Source: Vicinamibacteria bacterium (GTDB lineage Bacteria > Acidobacteriota > Vicinamibacteria > Marinacidobacterales > Marinacidobacteraceae). From it: 64,000 bases of DNA. The first letter of the stretch is position 1, and the number at the start of each line of letters is the position of its first letter. Below the pieces are notes generated by a model, which had not been told where the DNA came from, did no database searches, and saw only the letters and a list, made by a program, of their open reading frames with translations. Positions 41,201 through 51,227 of this stretch are shown here, one piece after another. The stretch covers positions 1,216,001-1,280,000 of the forward strand of contig OY821641.1 in assembly GCA_963555995.3 (NCBI GenBank), written 5' to 3'. The position numbers were made by a program, and so were the translations under genes.

Positions 41201-44200
41201 GTGGGCCTCGTCGAGCGCTTCGCCGGCGCCGCCGCCGGACAGCGGGGACTGGTGCTCGCGTTCGTGGCCGCGCTCGCGGTCGTGGGGACCGCGGCGCTCT
41301 GGAACCTGCCGGTCGAGGCGTTCCCCGACCTGACGAACAACCAGGTCGTCGTCATCACCGAGGCTCCGAGCCTCGGGGCGCCCGAGGTCGAGCAGCAGGT
41401 TTCCTACCCGATCGAGACCGCCCTCATGGGAGTGCCCGACGCCGAGGAGGTCCGGTCGGTCTCCAAGTTCGGGCTGTCGCTGGTGACCGTGGTCTTCGAC
41501 GACGCGGTGCCGATGTACCTCGCCCGGCAGCTCGTGACCGAGCGGCTGACCGAGGTCCGCGGCCAGATGCCCGCCGGGCTCGAACCCACCCTCGGGCCTC
41601 CCGCCACCGCGTTCGGCGAGATCTACCAGTACGTCGTCACCGGCGACGACCCGATGGCGAACAAGACGGTCCACGACTGGGAGGTCCGCACCCGGCTGCG
41701 CTCGGTCCCCGGCGTGAGCGAGGTGAACTCCTGGGGCGGCCTCACCCAGCAGTTCGAGGTGGTCGTCCGGCCCGAGGCGCTCGAGGAATACCACCTCACC
41801 CTGCGGGACATCTTCCACGCCATCGCCGACAGCAACCGCGCGTTCAGCGGCGGGTTCATCGAGGCCCGCGACGAGCGTTACACCGTGCGCGGGATCGGGC
41901 TGCTCACCGGTGTGGAGGACCTCGAGCGGGTGGTGGTGCGCGCCGACGCCGGCGTCCCGGTGCTCCTCGCCGACATCGCCGAGATCGGGCTCGGGGCGAT
42001 GCAGCGGAGCGGCGCGGTCACCGCGGGCGGCCGGGGCGAGGTCGCGAGCGGCATGGTGGTCATGCTGAAGGGCGAGAACGCGCTCGAGGTCTCCGATCTG
42101 GTCAAGGAGCGGATGTCCGAGATCCTGCCCGGCCTGCCGCCGGGCATGGACATCGAGCCCTTCTACGACCAGAGCGAGGTCATTGACCGCACCTCGGCCA
42201 CCGTGCGCCGGAACCTCATCGAGGGCTGCCTGCTGGTCATCCTCGTGCTCTTCCTCTTCCTGCGCGACGTCCGGGCGGCGCTCATCGTCGCCGCGGTCAT
42301 CCCGCTCTCGATGCTGGTGGGGTTCACCGGCATGCGGCTCTTCGGCATCTCGGCCAACCTGATGTCGCTCGGCGCGATTGACTTCGGGCTCATCGTGGAC
42401 GGCGCGGTGGTGATGATGGAGAGCTTCGTCCGGCGGCGGGCCGCCTCCGGGGAGGGCGGCGGGCGCGTCGCGCAGATCCGCGCCGCGGCGATGGAGGTCG
42501 CCCGCCCGGTGCTCTTCGGGGTCCTCATCATCATCGCCGTCTATCTGCCGATCCTGACCCTCGAAGGCCTCGAGGGGAAGATGTTCCGGCCGATGGCCAT
42601 CACGGTCTGTTCGGCGCTCTTCGGGTCGCTCCTCCTCTCGCTCACCGGCGTCCCGGTCGTCTCGTCGTTCCTCCTCAAGTTCGGCGGCGTCCACCGGGAG
42701 GCGCGCTGGTTCGAGCGGCTCCGCGAGCGGTACCTCCGGGTGCTCCGGGTCGCGATGACGCGCAAGGCGGCGACGGCCGGTATTGCGACGGTCATCATCG
42801 TGACCGCGATCGGCTCGATTCCGTTCCTGGGCACCGAGTTCATGCCGCGTCTGGACGAGGGATCCATCCTGATCGAGACCCGGAAGCTGCCCTCGGTGTC
42901 GCTCGAGGAGTCGGTCGAGATCTCGACGCGCGTCGAGCGGAAGCTGCTCGCCGAGTTCGACGAGATCTCGGACATCGTCACCAAGATGGGCCGGCCCGAC
43001 CTCGCCACCGAGGCGATGGGCATCTACCAGGGCGACGTGTACGTGCTCCTCCACCCCGAGGACGACTGGGCGAGCCGGCGGTCCAAGGAGGAACTCATTG
43101 ACGCGCTGGCGGCGTCGCTGGCGGAGATCCCCGGGCTGTCGGTGAACTTCACCCAGCCGATGGCCATGCGGCTCGACGAGGTCGTCTCCGGGATCAAGGC
43201 GGACGTGGCCGTGAAGATCTTCGGCCCCGACGCCGCGGTGCTGGAACGTCTGGGAGCCGAGGTGCTCCGGGTCGTCGAGGCGGTCCCGGGCGCCGCCGAC
43301 GCCCAGGTGGAGGTGCTCTCCGGAGCCGCGCAGCTCGAAGTCCGTCTCGACCGGGAGGCGCTGGCCCGCTACGGGCTCCACGTGGGCGACGTGCAGGAGT
43401 TCGTCGAGACCGCGGTCGCCGGCAGCGTGGTCACCCAGCTCATGGATGGCGCCCGGCGGTTTCCGGTGGTCGTGCGTTTCCCTCCCGAACGGCGCGCCGA
43501 CGCCGCCGCGCTCGCGGCCGTGCCCCTCACGGCTCCCGGGGGCGAGCACATCCCGCTGGGCCGGATCGCGGAGATCCGCGCCGCGCCCACCCCGGAGGCG
43601 ATCCACCACGAGAACGGGGAGCGCCGGCTGGTGGTCCAGACGAACGTCCGCGGCCGGGACGTGGGCAGCTTCGTCGCCGAGGCGGAGGATCGGATCGCGG
43701 AGCGGGTGACGCTGCCCTCCGGCTACTACCTGACCTGGGGCGGCCAGTTCGAGAACCAGCAGCGGGCCACCGCCCGGCTCGCCCTGGTGGTGCCGCTCTC
43801 CATCGCCATCATCTTCGGGCTGCTCTACGTCACCTTCCGCCGGGTGCGCTGGGCGCTGCTGATCCTTCTGAACGTCCCCTTCGCCGCGGTCGGCGGGATC
43901 GCCGCGCTCTGGATCCGGGGCCTCACGCTCAACCTGTCCGCCTCGGTGGGCCTCATCGCGCTCTTCGGGATCGCCACCCTGAACGGGATCGTGATGCTCG
44001 CCGCCATCCGGGCGCTCCGCGAGGACGAGGGGCTCGGGCTCCGCGAGGCGATCGTCACCGGTGCCGGCTCGCGGCTGAAGCCGGTGCTGATGACCGCCAC
44101 CGTGGCGTCCATCGGGTTCCTGCCGATGGCCCTCTCGCAGGGCGCGGGCGCCGAGGTGCAGCGGCCGCTGGCCACGGTCGTGATCGGGGGCATCGTCACC

Positions 44201-44278
44201 TCCACGCTGCTCACGCTCGTCGTGCTCCCCACGCTCTACGAGCGGATGGAGCAGTGGGTGGCGGCCCGGACGGGGTAG
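41201..44278 (+). CDS. czcA: CusA/CzcA heavy-metal RND transporter
   Basis: AFPDLTNNQV, NLMSLGAIDFGLIVDGAVV, GAEVQRPLATVVIGG. Confidence 0.9.
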   Translation: MGLVERFAGAAAGQRGLVLAFVAALAVVGTAALWNLPVEAFPDLTNNQVVVITEAPSLGAPEVEQQVSYPIETALMGVPDAEEVRSVSKFGLSLVTVVFDDAVPMYLARQLVTERLTEVRGQMPAGLEPTLGPPATAFGEIYQYVVTGDDPMANKTVHDWEVRTRLRSVPGVSEVNSWGGLTQQFEVVVRPEALEEYHLTLRDIFHAIADSNRAFSGGFIEARDERYTVRGIGLLTGVEDLERVVVRADAGVPVLLADIAEIGLGAMQRSGAVTAGGRGEVASGMVVMLKGENALEVSDLVKERMSEILPGLPPGMDIEPFYDQSEVIDRTSATVRRNLIEGCLLVILVLFLFLRDVRAALIVAAVIPLSMLVGFTGMRLFGISANLMSLGAIDFGLIVDGAVVMMESFVRRRAASGEGGGRVAQIRAAAMEVARPVLFGVLIIIAVYLPILTLEGLEGKMFRPMAITVCSALFGSLLLSLTGVPVVSSFLLKFGGVHREARWFERLRERYLRVLRVAMTRKAATAGIATVIIVTAIGSIPFLGTEFMPRLDEGSILIETRKLPSVSLEESVEISTRVERKLLAEFDEISDIVTKMGRPDLATEAMGIYQGDVYVLLHPEDDWASRRSKEELIDALAASLAEIPGLSVNFTQPMAMRLDEVVSGIKADVAVKIFGPDAAVLERLGAEVLRVVEAVPGAADAQVEVLSGAAQLEVRLDREALARYGLHVGDVQEFVETAVAGSVVTQLMDGARRFPVVVRFPPERRADAAALAAVPLTAPGGEHIPLGRIAEIRAAPTPEAIHHENGERRLVVQTNVRGRDVGSFVAEAEDRIAERVTLPSGYYLTWGGQFENQQRATARLALVVPLSIAIIFGLLYVTFRRVRWALLILLNVPFAAVGGIAALWIRGLTLNLSASVGLIALFGIATLNGIVMLAAIRALREDEGLGLREAIVTGAGSRLKPVLMTATVASIGFLPMALSQGAGAEVQRPLATVVIGGIVTSTLLTLVVLPTLYERMEQWVAARTG

Positions 44279-44293
44279 GGGCGGTGGCTCGTC

Positions 44294-44765
44294 CGAGCTT
44301 GTGTGATTCGGGCGGTCCCGGCGGCCGAGCTTGTGTGATTCGAGCCCGAACTTATGTGATTCAGCCGGTCTCGGGGTCCGAGCTTGTGTGATTCGGGCTC
44401 GAACTTATGTGATTCAGCGAGTCTCGGGGTCCGAGCTTGTGTGATTCGGGCTCGAACTTATGTGATTCAGCAGGTCTCGGGTTCCGAGCTTGTGTGATTC
44501 AGGCTCGAACTTATGTGATTCAGCGGGTCTCCGGTTCCGAGCTTGTGTGATTCAGGCTCGAACTTATGTGATTCAGCCGGTCTCCGGGGTCGAGCTTATG
44601 TGATTCGGGCTCGAACTTATGTGATTCAGCCGGTCTCCGGGGTCGAGCTTATGTGATTCGGGCTCGAACTTATGTGATTCAGCGAATCTCCGGGGTCGAG
44701 CTTGTGTGATTCAGACGCGAGCTTATGTGATTCAACCGGTGTCCGGGGCCGAGCTTGTGTGATTC
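44294..44765. repeat. Array of 18 copies of CGA(G/A)CTT(G/A)TGTGATTC with alternating 32/21-bp spacing (53-bp period)
   Basis: Motif starts 44294, 44326, 44347, 44379, 44400, 44432, 44453, 44485, 44506, 44538, 44559, 44591, 44612, 44644, 44665, 44697, 44718, 44750. Confidence 0.95.
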
Positions 44766-44775
44766 GGCGCGGACT

Positions 44776-46017
44776 TCACGGTCTGCCGGCGACGTCGTAG
44801 GCGAGCAGGACGTCCTGGTCGCGGAGGTAGAGGAGGCCGTTCGCGACCACCGGGTGGCTCCAGGTGTTCTCGCCGGAGCGGTCCGCCTCGGGAAAGGCGA
44901 ACCGGCCCCGCTCCGCGTAGTCGGCCCGCGACGGCTCCACGAGGGCCATGTCGCCGCGCTCGCTGAACACGTAGAGCCGGTCGTCGGCGAAGGTCAGCGA
45001 CCCCTTGCGGATGGACCGGTCGCGCCAGAAGAGCGCCCCGGTCTCGATGTCGAGCGCGCAGAAGATGGACCCCGAGAACCCGTAGAGCACGCCCTCGTGC
45101 AGCACCGGCGTCATGTGGTGGGCGCGCATGTTCCGGGTGAAGTACTTCTCTTCGGCGGTGACGCCGCCCGCGCCGTCGCTGCGCAGCTCGATCAGCCCGC
45201 CCCCGGTGCCGTAGTCGGAGGAGAGGAAGAGCTCCGCCGCGCCGTCGCGGTTCGAGACGAGGATCGGGGTGGCGATGTTCGCGGTCCGGTTCGAGGCCCG
45301 CCGGTAGCTCCACAGCAGCGCGCCGTCCTCGGGCCGGACGCCCGCCGCGCGCTCGCCGCTGAAAAAGACCACGTGCGGCGCTCCCTCCAGGTCCACCGGC
45401 AGCGGCGAGGAGTACCCGGCCTCGTCGCCCGCCGTGCCCCAGAGGAGTTCCCCGGTCGCGGCGTCCAGCGCCGCGAAGCCGACCTGCCGGCCGCCGGGAG
45501 ACACCAGCACCCGGCCGTCGAGCACCAGCGGCGACTCGCTGATCCCCCAACTGATGTTCCGCGCCCCGAACTGCTGGAGGAGGTTCACGCTCCACAGCGC
45601 CTGGCCGCTGGCGGCGTCGAGCGCGGTGAGCTGTCCCCGCGCGCCCAGCGCGAACACCCGGCCCCCGGCCACGGTCGGGACGCCGCGCGGGCCGTCCCCG
45701 CGCCCGTCCCGGTAGCCCTCGCCGTGGGGCGTCGCCCAGAGCTGCGCCCCGGTCCGCGCGTCGAGGGTGATGACCCACTCGCGGCCCGAGATCATGCCCA
45801 GCGTGTGGACGCGTCCGTCCGCGACCGAGACCGTGGAGTAGCCCGCGCCGAGCCCGTCCGCCCGGAAGGCGAGCGGCGGGCCGCCCTCGGGCCAGCTCTG
45901 GCGCAGCCCGGTCTCCGTCGAGATCCCGTCCCGGTTCGGGCCGCGCCACTGCGGCCAGTCCTCGGCGGCCGGCGCGGTCGCCGCCAGCAGGGCGAAAGTA
46001 GCTGCGAATCGGATCAC
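44776..46017 (-). CDS. PQQ-binding-like beta-propeller (BamB-like) protein
   Basis: EDWPQWRGPNRDG, GYSSP, WSHPVVANGLLYLRDQ. Confidence 0.88.
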   Translation of the reverse strand: MIRFAATFALLAATAPAAEDWPQWRGPNRDGISTETGLRQSWPEGGPPLAFRADGLGAGYSTVSVADGRVHTLGMISGREWVITLDARTGAQLWATPHGEGYRDGRGDGPRGVPTVAGGRVFALGARGQLTALDAASGQALWSVNLLQQFGARNISWGISESPLVLDGRVLVSPGGRQVGFAALDAATGELLWGTAGDEAGYSSPLPVDLEGAPHVVFFSGERAAGVRPEDGALLWSYRRASNRTANIATPILVSNRDGAAELFLSSDYGTGGGLIELRSDGAGGVTAEEKYFTRNMRAHHMTPVLHEGVLYGFSGSIFCALDIETGALFWRDRSIRKGSLTFADDRLYVFSERGDMALVEPSRADYAERGRFAFPEADRSGENTWSHPVVANGLLYLRDQDVLLAYDVAGRP

Positions 46018-47003
46018 TCGGATGCCTCCCGGCCGGCGAGCCACTCCCGCGCCACCGGCAGCGCGGCCTCCCGCAGCGCCTCGATGTGCTCCTGCAGGCG
46101 CCGTCCCGCGTCCCCCGGCTCCAGGTCGCCCGGCGCCACGCTCTCCGGTCCGGGAATCTCGGCCATGAAGGCGTAAACGAGCGGCCCGCCCGCGGGTTCC
46201 CCGGAACGCTCGAAGTAGCCGGACAGGACGCGGGTGACGGGGTTCGAGTTCAGCGAGCCGCCCTTGTAGAAGTGGCGGCCCTCGTCCGCGTCCTCCAGGA
46301 ACAGGATGTCCCGCATCGCCGCGTGGGTCTCGGGCGCGACGCCCGGAACGTCGCCCCGCGCCACGGCGGCCAGCACCGCGGCGAGCGAGGCCGCGGTGGC
46401 CTCGTTGTCCCCGGTCACGTCCCGCGCCGCCAGCATGTAGCGGCGCGACGTGATCCCGGCGAAGTCCGGGTGGCGGGACTGGATGCGCGCGGTCAGTTCC
46501 GGCGGTCCGCCGAGCAACGCGGTCACCAGGTTCGCCGCCGCGTTGTACACCGGGTTCGAGACGCCGGTCCCCCGGATCATGTGCCGTCCCACCGTCCGCG
46601 CGTCCGCCGTTTCCAGGTGTTCCCGGATCTCGGCCTGGGTGTCGGCGTCGAAGTGGACGATGGCGGGGTGGTCCGGATCCCCGACCACGTCCACCGCCCC
46701 CGGAACGGGCTCGTCGAGCGCATCGGCGCGGTCCGAGAAGAACTCCACCAGGTAGGCCGTCTTGATCGAACTCGCCGCCGGGCGGGGAACCCCGGCGGCC
46801 TCCTCGTAGAGCGCCTCCCCGTCCGCCGTTCCGACCCAGACGCTCCGCCCGAGCCCGGTGAAATCGGTTCCCGGGACCGCCCCGAGCGCCGCGGCGATCC
46901 GCTCGGAAGCGCCGCGCGGCGGCTCCGTCCCCGACGAGACGCAACCGGCGAGGAGAAGCACCCCACCGAGAGCGGCGACGAGGCTCCGGCGGACACGTCC
47001 CAT
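46014..47003 (-). CDS. Serine hydrolase/class A beta-lactamase-like lipoprotein
   Basis: Lipobox LLLAGC, AASSIK (SxxK), YNAAAN, YKGGS. Confidence 0.7.
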   Translation of the reverse strand: MGRVRRSLVAALGGVLLLAGCVSSGTEPPRGASERIAAALGAVPGTDFTGLGRSVWVGTADGEALYEEAAGVPRPAASSIKTAYLVEFFSDRADALDEPVPGAVDVVGDPDHPAIVHFDADTQAEIREHLETADARTVGRHMIRGTGVSNPVYNAAANLVTALLGGPPELTARIQSRHPDFAGITSRRYMLAARDVTGDNEATAASLAAVLAAVARGDVPGVAPETHAAMRDILFLEDADEGRHFYKGGSLNSNPVTRVLSGYFERSGEPAGGPLVYAFMAEIPGPESVAPGDLEPGDAGRRLQEHIEALREAALPVAREWLAGREASE

Positions 47004-47029
47004 GGCGCAACCCCAGTCTAACGGTGGCC

Positions 47030-47151
47030 GGCACAGCGGGCCGAAGGCCGGCGGTTGTCGTGTGACACCCCGGGCGCCGTCGGGCTGGTCGGCGTCGTGC
47101 CGTGCGCTGCGCTGTCGCGCAGCGCGTGCCGGTCTGAAGACCGGCGCTCCC
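47030..47151. repeat. Degenerate REPIN unit
   Basis: GGGCCGAAGGCC...GTGCGCTGCGCTGTCGCGCAGCGCGTGCCGGTCTGAAGACCGGCGCTCCC. Confidence 0.75.
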
Positions 47152-47274
47152 GGCGCTGTCGACGCTGCCGTCGCGACGGTCAGCCGCATCCCTCCCCGGT
47201 GCGGCCGGCTTCCCCGTAACTTTTCCGGACCTCGCCCGTAGGAGTGGAGAGGGCCGACGACCACCGGCCGGAAC

Positions 47275-48225
47275 ATGCACCCAACCAACCGCCATCCGCT
47301 CCGGCCCCCGTCGGGTCGCACGGTGGCGATCGCCGCCCTGGCGGTCGCGGTGCTCCTCACGGCTGGCCACGACGCGGCGGCGCAGCGCCTCTACGTCGGG
47401 TTCGAGGAGGGCGGCCCCCGCGCCCGGACGACGACCTCCTCCCAGACGTTCCTGAGCCACCCCACGCGGTGCGACGCGCTCCTCTACCCCGACGGCATGA
47501 GGCCGCCGCGCGACCCCGCCTGCGACACCCGCGAGGCGACCACCGCGCTCACGAACTCCTTCGACATCGGCGCCGGGTTCGGCTACGGCTCGACGTTCGG
47601 CGTGACCTTCGGCGCGGTCCGCTTCGAGCTGGACTTCCGGCTGCGCGGGGGGCACGGGCGGGATACCCGGGCCATCAAGGTGAGCGACGGCGAAGACGCG
47701 CTGGCCGCCAAGAGCGCCGAATGGGCGACGGTCCCCGCGGAGACGCTCTCCGATTTCCGGGCCGACGAGGGCTTCCTGAACCTCTACTACGACTTCGAGA
47801 ACCGGACGCGCTGGACGCCCTACGCCGGGGCCGGGGCGGGGCTGGCGCGGGTCGAGGCGCACTACGCGGCGAGCTTCGTCCACAAGCCGCAGCGGGAGTA
47901 CCTGGCCATCCCGTTCGTCCCCGACTGGCCCGAGGCCGCGAAGCGCGCGGCGGCCGGAACCGTCAACCAACTGAACGCCGCGATGAGCGGCTGGGTCCCG
48001 GGGTTCCACGTCATCGCCGGGCTCGACATGGAACTGGGAGAGGCGGTGCTCGGGCTCAAGGTCCGCTGGGCGCGCTTCGGGGAGCTGACCACCACCACGG
48101 AGTACGAGCTGGTCCGCAGCCACGCGCCGGTCCAGGCCGACGGGGTGACCCCGTTCGGGGTGGACATCGCCCTCGGCGGCCTCGGCTACCGCGAAGTCGC
48201 CCTCATCCTCAAGCACTACTTCTGA
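47275..48225 (+). CDS. Outer-membrane beta-barrel protein (opacity/OmpA-like TM domain)
   Basis: Signal peptide, NLYYDF...WTPYAGAGAG, C-terminal LKHYF. Confidence 0.75.
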   Translation: MHPTNRHPLRPPSGRTVAIAALAVAVLLTAGHDAAAQRLYVGFEEGGPRARTTTSSQTFLSHPTRCDALLYPDGMRPPRDPACDTREATTALTNSFDIGAGFGYGSTFGVTFGAVRFELDFRLRGGHGRDTRAIKVSDGEDALAAKSAEWATVPAETLSDFRADEGFLNLYYDFENRTRWTPYAGAGAGLARVEAHYAASFVHKPQREYLAIPFVPDWPEAAKRAAAGTVNQLNAAMSGWVPGFHVIAGLDMELGEAVLGLKVRWARFGELTTTTEYELVRSHAPVQADGVTPFGVDIALGGLGYREVALILKHYF

Positions 48226-48326
48226 CCGGGCGCCCCGGATGCCTGGGAGCGCCGGTCTTCAGACCGGCACCGCCCGCCGGAGGCGGGCGAAACCCACGAC
48301 GTGGTCACGGCCGCATAATTTGGAGT

Positions 48327-48611
48327 ATGGCCACCATGACGATCAAGTCCACCTACTCCCTTGATGTGGGCACGGTCCGCACCCTGGAAGGGTTGGCGCG
48401 CCGCTGGAACGTTTCCAGGTCCGAGGCGCTTCGGAGAGCGATCCGCGGCGAAGCCGAACGCCAGCCGTCACGGGCAGACGCGCGGTTGCAGGCCCTCCGG
48501 GCACTGCAGGAATCCGTCGCGGCCCGAGGCGTGGATCTGGACGGTTGGGAACGGCAGGCGGCCGAGATTCGGAGCGCATCCTTCCGGCGTCGCTCCGACC
48601 AACCGCGATGA
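48327..48611 (+). CDS. RHH/CopG antitoxin (VapB-like)
   Basis: TIKSTYSLD...LARRWNVSRSEALRRAI; coupled to a PIN start. Confidence 0.75.
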   Translation: MATMTIKSTYSLDVGTVRTLEGLARRWNVSRSEALRRAIRGEAERQPSRADARLQALRALQESVAARGVDLDGWERQAAEIRSASFRRRSDQPR

Positions 48612-48706
48612 TCCGCCTGGACACCAGTTTCCTGATCCGCATGTCCGTGACGTTCGTCGCGTCCCTGCCGTCAGATGTGTCGCGGGGCGTCCATCCGCTC
48701 GTGTAG
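48608..48706 (+). pseudogene. Truncated VapC/PIN toxin
   Basis: ATGA-coupled MIRLDTSFLIR (PIN strand 1, DTS); similarity is then lost at the convergent parE. Confidence 0.65.
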
Positions 48707-48961
48707 CACCCGGACGATCAGTACGCCATCGAGCGACGCCGAATAGAAGACGACATGCGAGCGGAACTCGAACCGCCGCATTCCCGGAGCCAACGATTCG
48801 GCAGTGCGGCCCAGCCGGGGGTTCTCCGCCAGGCGTTCGCAACATTCGTGAAGGCCGCCCAGATAGCCGTGCGCTTGCTCGATGCCGAAGTGCGCAGCGG
48901 TGAATTCGAATATGGCTTCCAGATCCGTGGCGGCGCGACGCGAGAGCCTATAGATGTCCAT
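48671..48961 (-). CDS. ParE family toxin
   Basis: YRLSRRAATDLEAI...FGIEQA...HVVFY...IVRVLHERMD. Confidence 0.9.
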   Translation of the reverse strand: MDIYRLSRRAATDLEAIFEFTAAHFGIEQAHGYLGGLHECCERLAENPRLGRTAESLAPGMRRFEFRSHVVFYSASLDGVLIVRVLHERMDAPRHI

Positions 48962-49205
48962 CGCGCCGTAGCCGCGCCTCGGCTTCCCTGGCGATCTCTG
49001 GAATCGTCCGCTCGCTCACGCCGCTTTCCAGCCCCTCCTGGATCGCGGCCCGTAGAGCCGCGAACGACGTGTTCCGCTCCCGGTCGCGTCGGATCAGGTC
49101 ACGGATGTATTCACTGTCGTTCGTGAATCGGCCGGCCACAATCTGGGCCTTGACCCACTGGTCCTGCTGGCTGGTCAGGGTGATGGTCTTGCGCACGGTG
49201 GTCAT
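48948..49205 (-). CDS. ParD family antitoxin
   Basis: RKTITLTSQQDQWVKAQIVAGRFTNDSEYIRDLIR...AIQEGLESG. Confidence 0.9.
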   Translation of the reverse strand: MTTVRKTITLTSQQDQWVKAQIVAGRFTNDSEYIRDLIRRDRERNTSFAALRAAIQEGLESGVSERTIPEIAREAEARLRRDGHL

Positions 49206-49442
49206 GGCGGTTACCTCAGAGTCGTAAGGCTGCGTCAGAAAGTTCCCATTATCGCACCAATCATCATCTACCTGGGGCTGTATTGCGTCCAGCCGAATAC
49301 GATGTCCTGCCCGGTCGCAGGGAAGAACGGTCGTCAGACCAGTTCCAAGCAACGGTCCATCGCCTCGGCCACGCGAATGCGGCCGGACCGATCCAGCCGC
49401 CTCCCATCGCGAAGCGCAGGATTGATCGGGACGCGCGTGCGG

Positions 49443-49706
49443 TCAGATTCCGAGCTGGCTCTTCACCTCTTCCGAGGTGTGCGTTCGGCCGGCCGCGCGA
49501 TCCGCGATCCCTTCTTCGACGGCTCGCACCGCCTCATCGCTCAACGCCTCCTCTTCCAGAGCCGGCACCGCCACGGGTCTGCGCCGGAGACGGCCTTCCT
49601 CCGCCGGCGGTTCCAGCGCCCTCGCCGCAACGGCGGTTTGGGCATCCGGGAGTCGGCCCGCCGGATCGCGGAACGTTCCTCTCGCCGGTGCCTTCATGGG
49701 CCGCAT
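49443..49706 (-). pseudogene. Degraded antitoxin-like ORF
   Basis: C-terminus EEEALSDEAVRAVEEGIADRAAGRTHTSEEVKSQLGI typical of RelE-paired antitoxins; homologous fragment at 52291-52420. Confidence 0.5.
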
Positions 49707-49981
49707 CGAACTGCGGCGCGCCGGGACTGGCGCACAGCCCGTCCTGCCGCGTCTGACGTAATCAGGGTGGCTGTCACCGACCCGGGTTGACGCTCTGCGC
49801 CCCGCCGCGCGGCACTTTCCAGCAGGGCATCCACCAAGCCGTCGAGGCGCGCCAGCCGTTCCCGCAGCCCGCCGATGCTGCGCTGGAGTTCCGCGATCTC
49901 ACGTCGGAGGGACATGTGGGAGGCGACGATGGCGAGGACGACGGAGATCGTCGCGATCAGGATCGGGAGCGCCGAGGGCAT
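49694..49981 (-). CDS. Small single-TM plus coiled-coil hypothetical protein
   Basis: Hydrophobic N-terminus followed by LRERLARLDG; paralog at 61950-62168. Confidence 0.6.
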   Translation of the reverse strand: MPSALPILIATISVVLAIVASHMSLRREIAELQRSIGGLRERLARLDGLVDALLESAARRGAERQPGSVTATLITSDAAGRAVRQSRRAAVRCGP

Positions 49982-49991
49982 CGCTCCGATC

Positions 49992-51227
49992 CTAGCGCTT
50001 CCTCCACGCGAGTCTTCGTTCGTGTTCCCGCCGGACCGGCAGCGGGCCGGACGGGTTCAGTTCCACCGCGTAGCGCGGACTGAAGGTTTCGTCGGTAACG
50101 GCGGCGCGCTGAATACGATCCAGCCGGTAGGAGCGATGTCCTTGTTTCCCGATGTCGAACGCGTGCAGCACGAGGTTGTCGTCCTTGGTCTGCCGGAGTG
50201 AATAGGCCTCGACGCGCCGGACTTCGTCGCGGTAGAGCAGATCCACGCACAGGAGGTTGGCGGCCGCGAAGCGGATGATCTCCAGATGTGTCCGGGTGGA
50301 CTGCCGCAGGCGCCTGGGCAGCGTGCGGCCGCGCAGTGCAGTTTCGCCAGCGGCGAACGGGTAGGCGTCCGGGACTGGAGGAGCAACCCCGGTCTTCAGC
50401 CACACGAAGAATTCGGGGAGCGCGTCCCAGAACTGCTGCACGGGGGGCAACGCGGGGAGTTGGTGGCGGAGCATGGAATCCCAGGCGCCAGCCAACTCGG
50501 CGCGGTGAGGTTCCAGATCGGCCACTGATAGCGGTACCGATATTCCCTTGAAGCTGCACTTTTCGCTCAGCACGTCGCGCAGGACGCCGGCATCGGGGCG
50601 GGCCTCGACGTTCCGGAAGAGGTTCACGACATCGTAGAGATCACGCGCGCGTGCCCGTTCGCCAAGCGCCCTCACTTTTTCGGCGAAGGCTTCGGGGTAG
50701 GCGTACGCGGCAACCTTGATACCGCCTTCCGGCTCATCGCTGTATGGATGGTGGATCGTCAGGCGAACGGGCGCCAGCACCAGCCGTTCGTCGGCCGTCA
50801 GGTCGAGCTTGATGTTCGGAATGCTCCTCCCGCGCGGAGCGATGGGGCCGCGATAGGGGACCTTGACCCGACAGGACCAGTTGCCGCGAGGATTGCGGTA
50901 GAGGTCGAAGTCCTGGCGATCCGCGGGCAGATCGAGCCCGGTCCGCTCATAGACCCACGCTGCGACCCGCTCCAGAGAGGCCACGAGGAAGTCCCGGTCC
51001 AGGTGTGCCGGATTCCGGAGCGTGAAGTCGAGGTCCTCGGAGAAGCGGTAGGTCTCGAAGAAGCACTTCTTCAAGCACGTCCCGCCCTTGAAGATCCAGT
51101 CGTCCGCAAGCTCGGCCTGGTTGTAGATGCCCGCCAGCAACCAGCCCAGCACGTAGTCCTTCTCGACGACCTGCGGCAGGAGCGAGGTCGCGGTGGCGAT
51201 ATCCAGGATTTGGCGGCGGCCGATCAC
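49992..51227 (-). CDS. AbiEii/AbiGii nucleotidyltransferase toxin with C-terminal WYL domain
   Basis: VEKDY, FKGGTCLKK, RFSEDLDF, AEKVRAL, RARDLYD; tail Y..EVRRVEAYSL...HRSYRLDRI. Confidence 0.85.
   Translation of the reverse strand: MIGRRQILDIATATSLLPQVVEKDYVLGWLLAGIYNQAELADDWIFKGGTCLKKCFFETYRFSEDLDFTLRNPAHLDRDFLVASLERVAAWVYERTGLDLPADRQDFDLYRNPRGNWSCRVKVPYRGPIAPRGRSIPNIKLDLTADERLVLAPVRLTIHHPYSDEPEGGIKVAAYAYPEAFAEKVRALGERARARDLYDVVNLFRNVEARPDAGVLRDVLSEKCSFKGISVPLSVADLEPHRAELAGAWDSMLRHQLPALPPVQQFWDALPEFFVWLKTGVAPPVPDAYPFAAGETALRGRTLPRRLRQSTRTHLEIIRFAAANLLCVDLLYRDEVRRVEAYSLRQTKDDNLVLHAFDIGKQGHRSYRLDRIQRAAVTDETFSPRYAVELNPSGPLPVRREHERRLAWRKR

Noticed and set aside
39947-43609. 1220-aa minus-strand ORF and similar long antisense ORFs (1988-4633, 16057-18321)
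   Set aside because: Shadow ORFs of well-supported genes in high-GC DNA, with no motifs of their own.
44294-44765. CRISPR array
   Set aside because: Inter-repeat segments are only 5 and 16 bp and nearly identical to each other; no unique spacers, leader or cas genes.
46014-47003. Bona fide beta-lactamase resistance gene
   Set aside because: SxxK is present but the SDN and KTG equivalents are divergent (YN, KGG); the substrate cannot be assigned from sequence.
44776-48216. 1146-aa ORF
   Set aside because: Only the last ~413 aa are the beta-propeller; the rest overlaps two other genes and a REP element.
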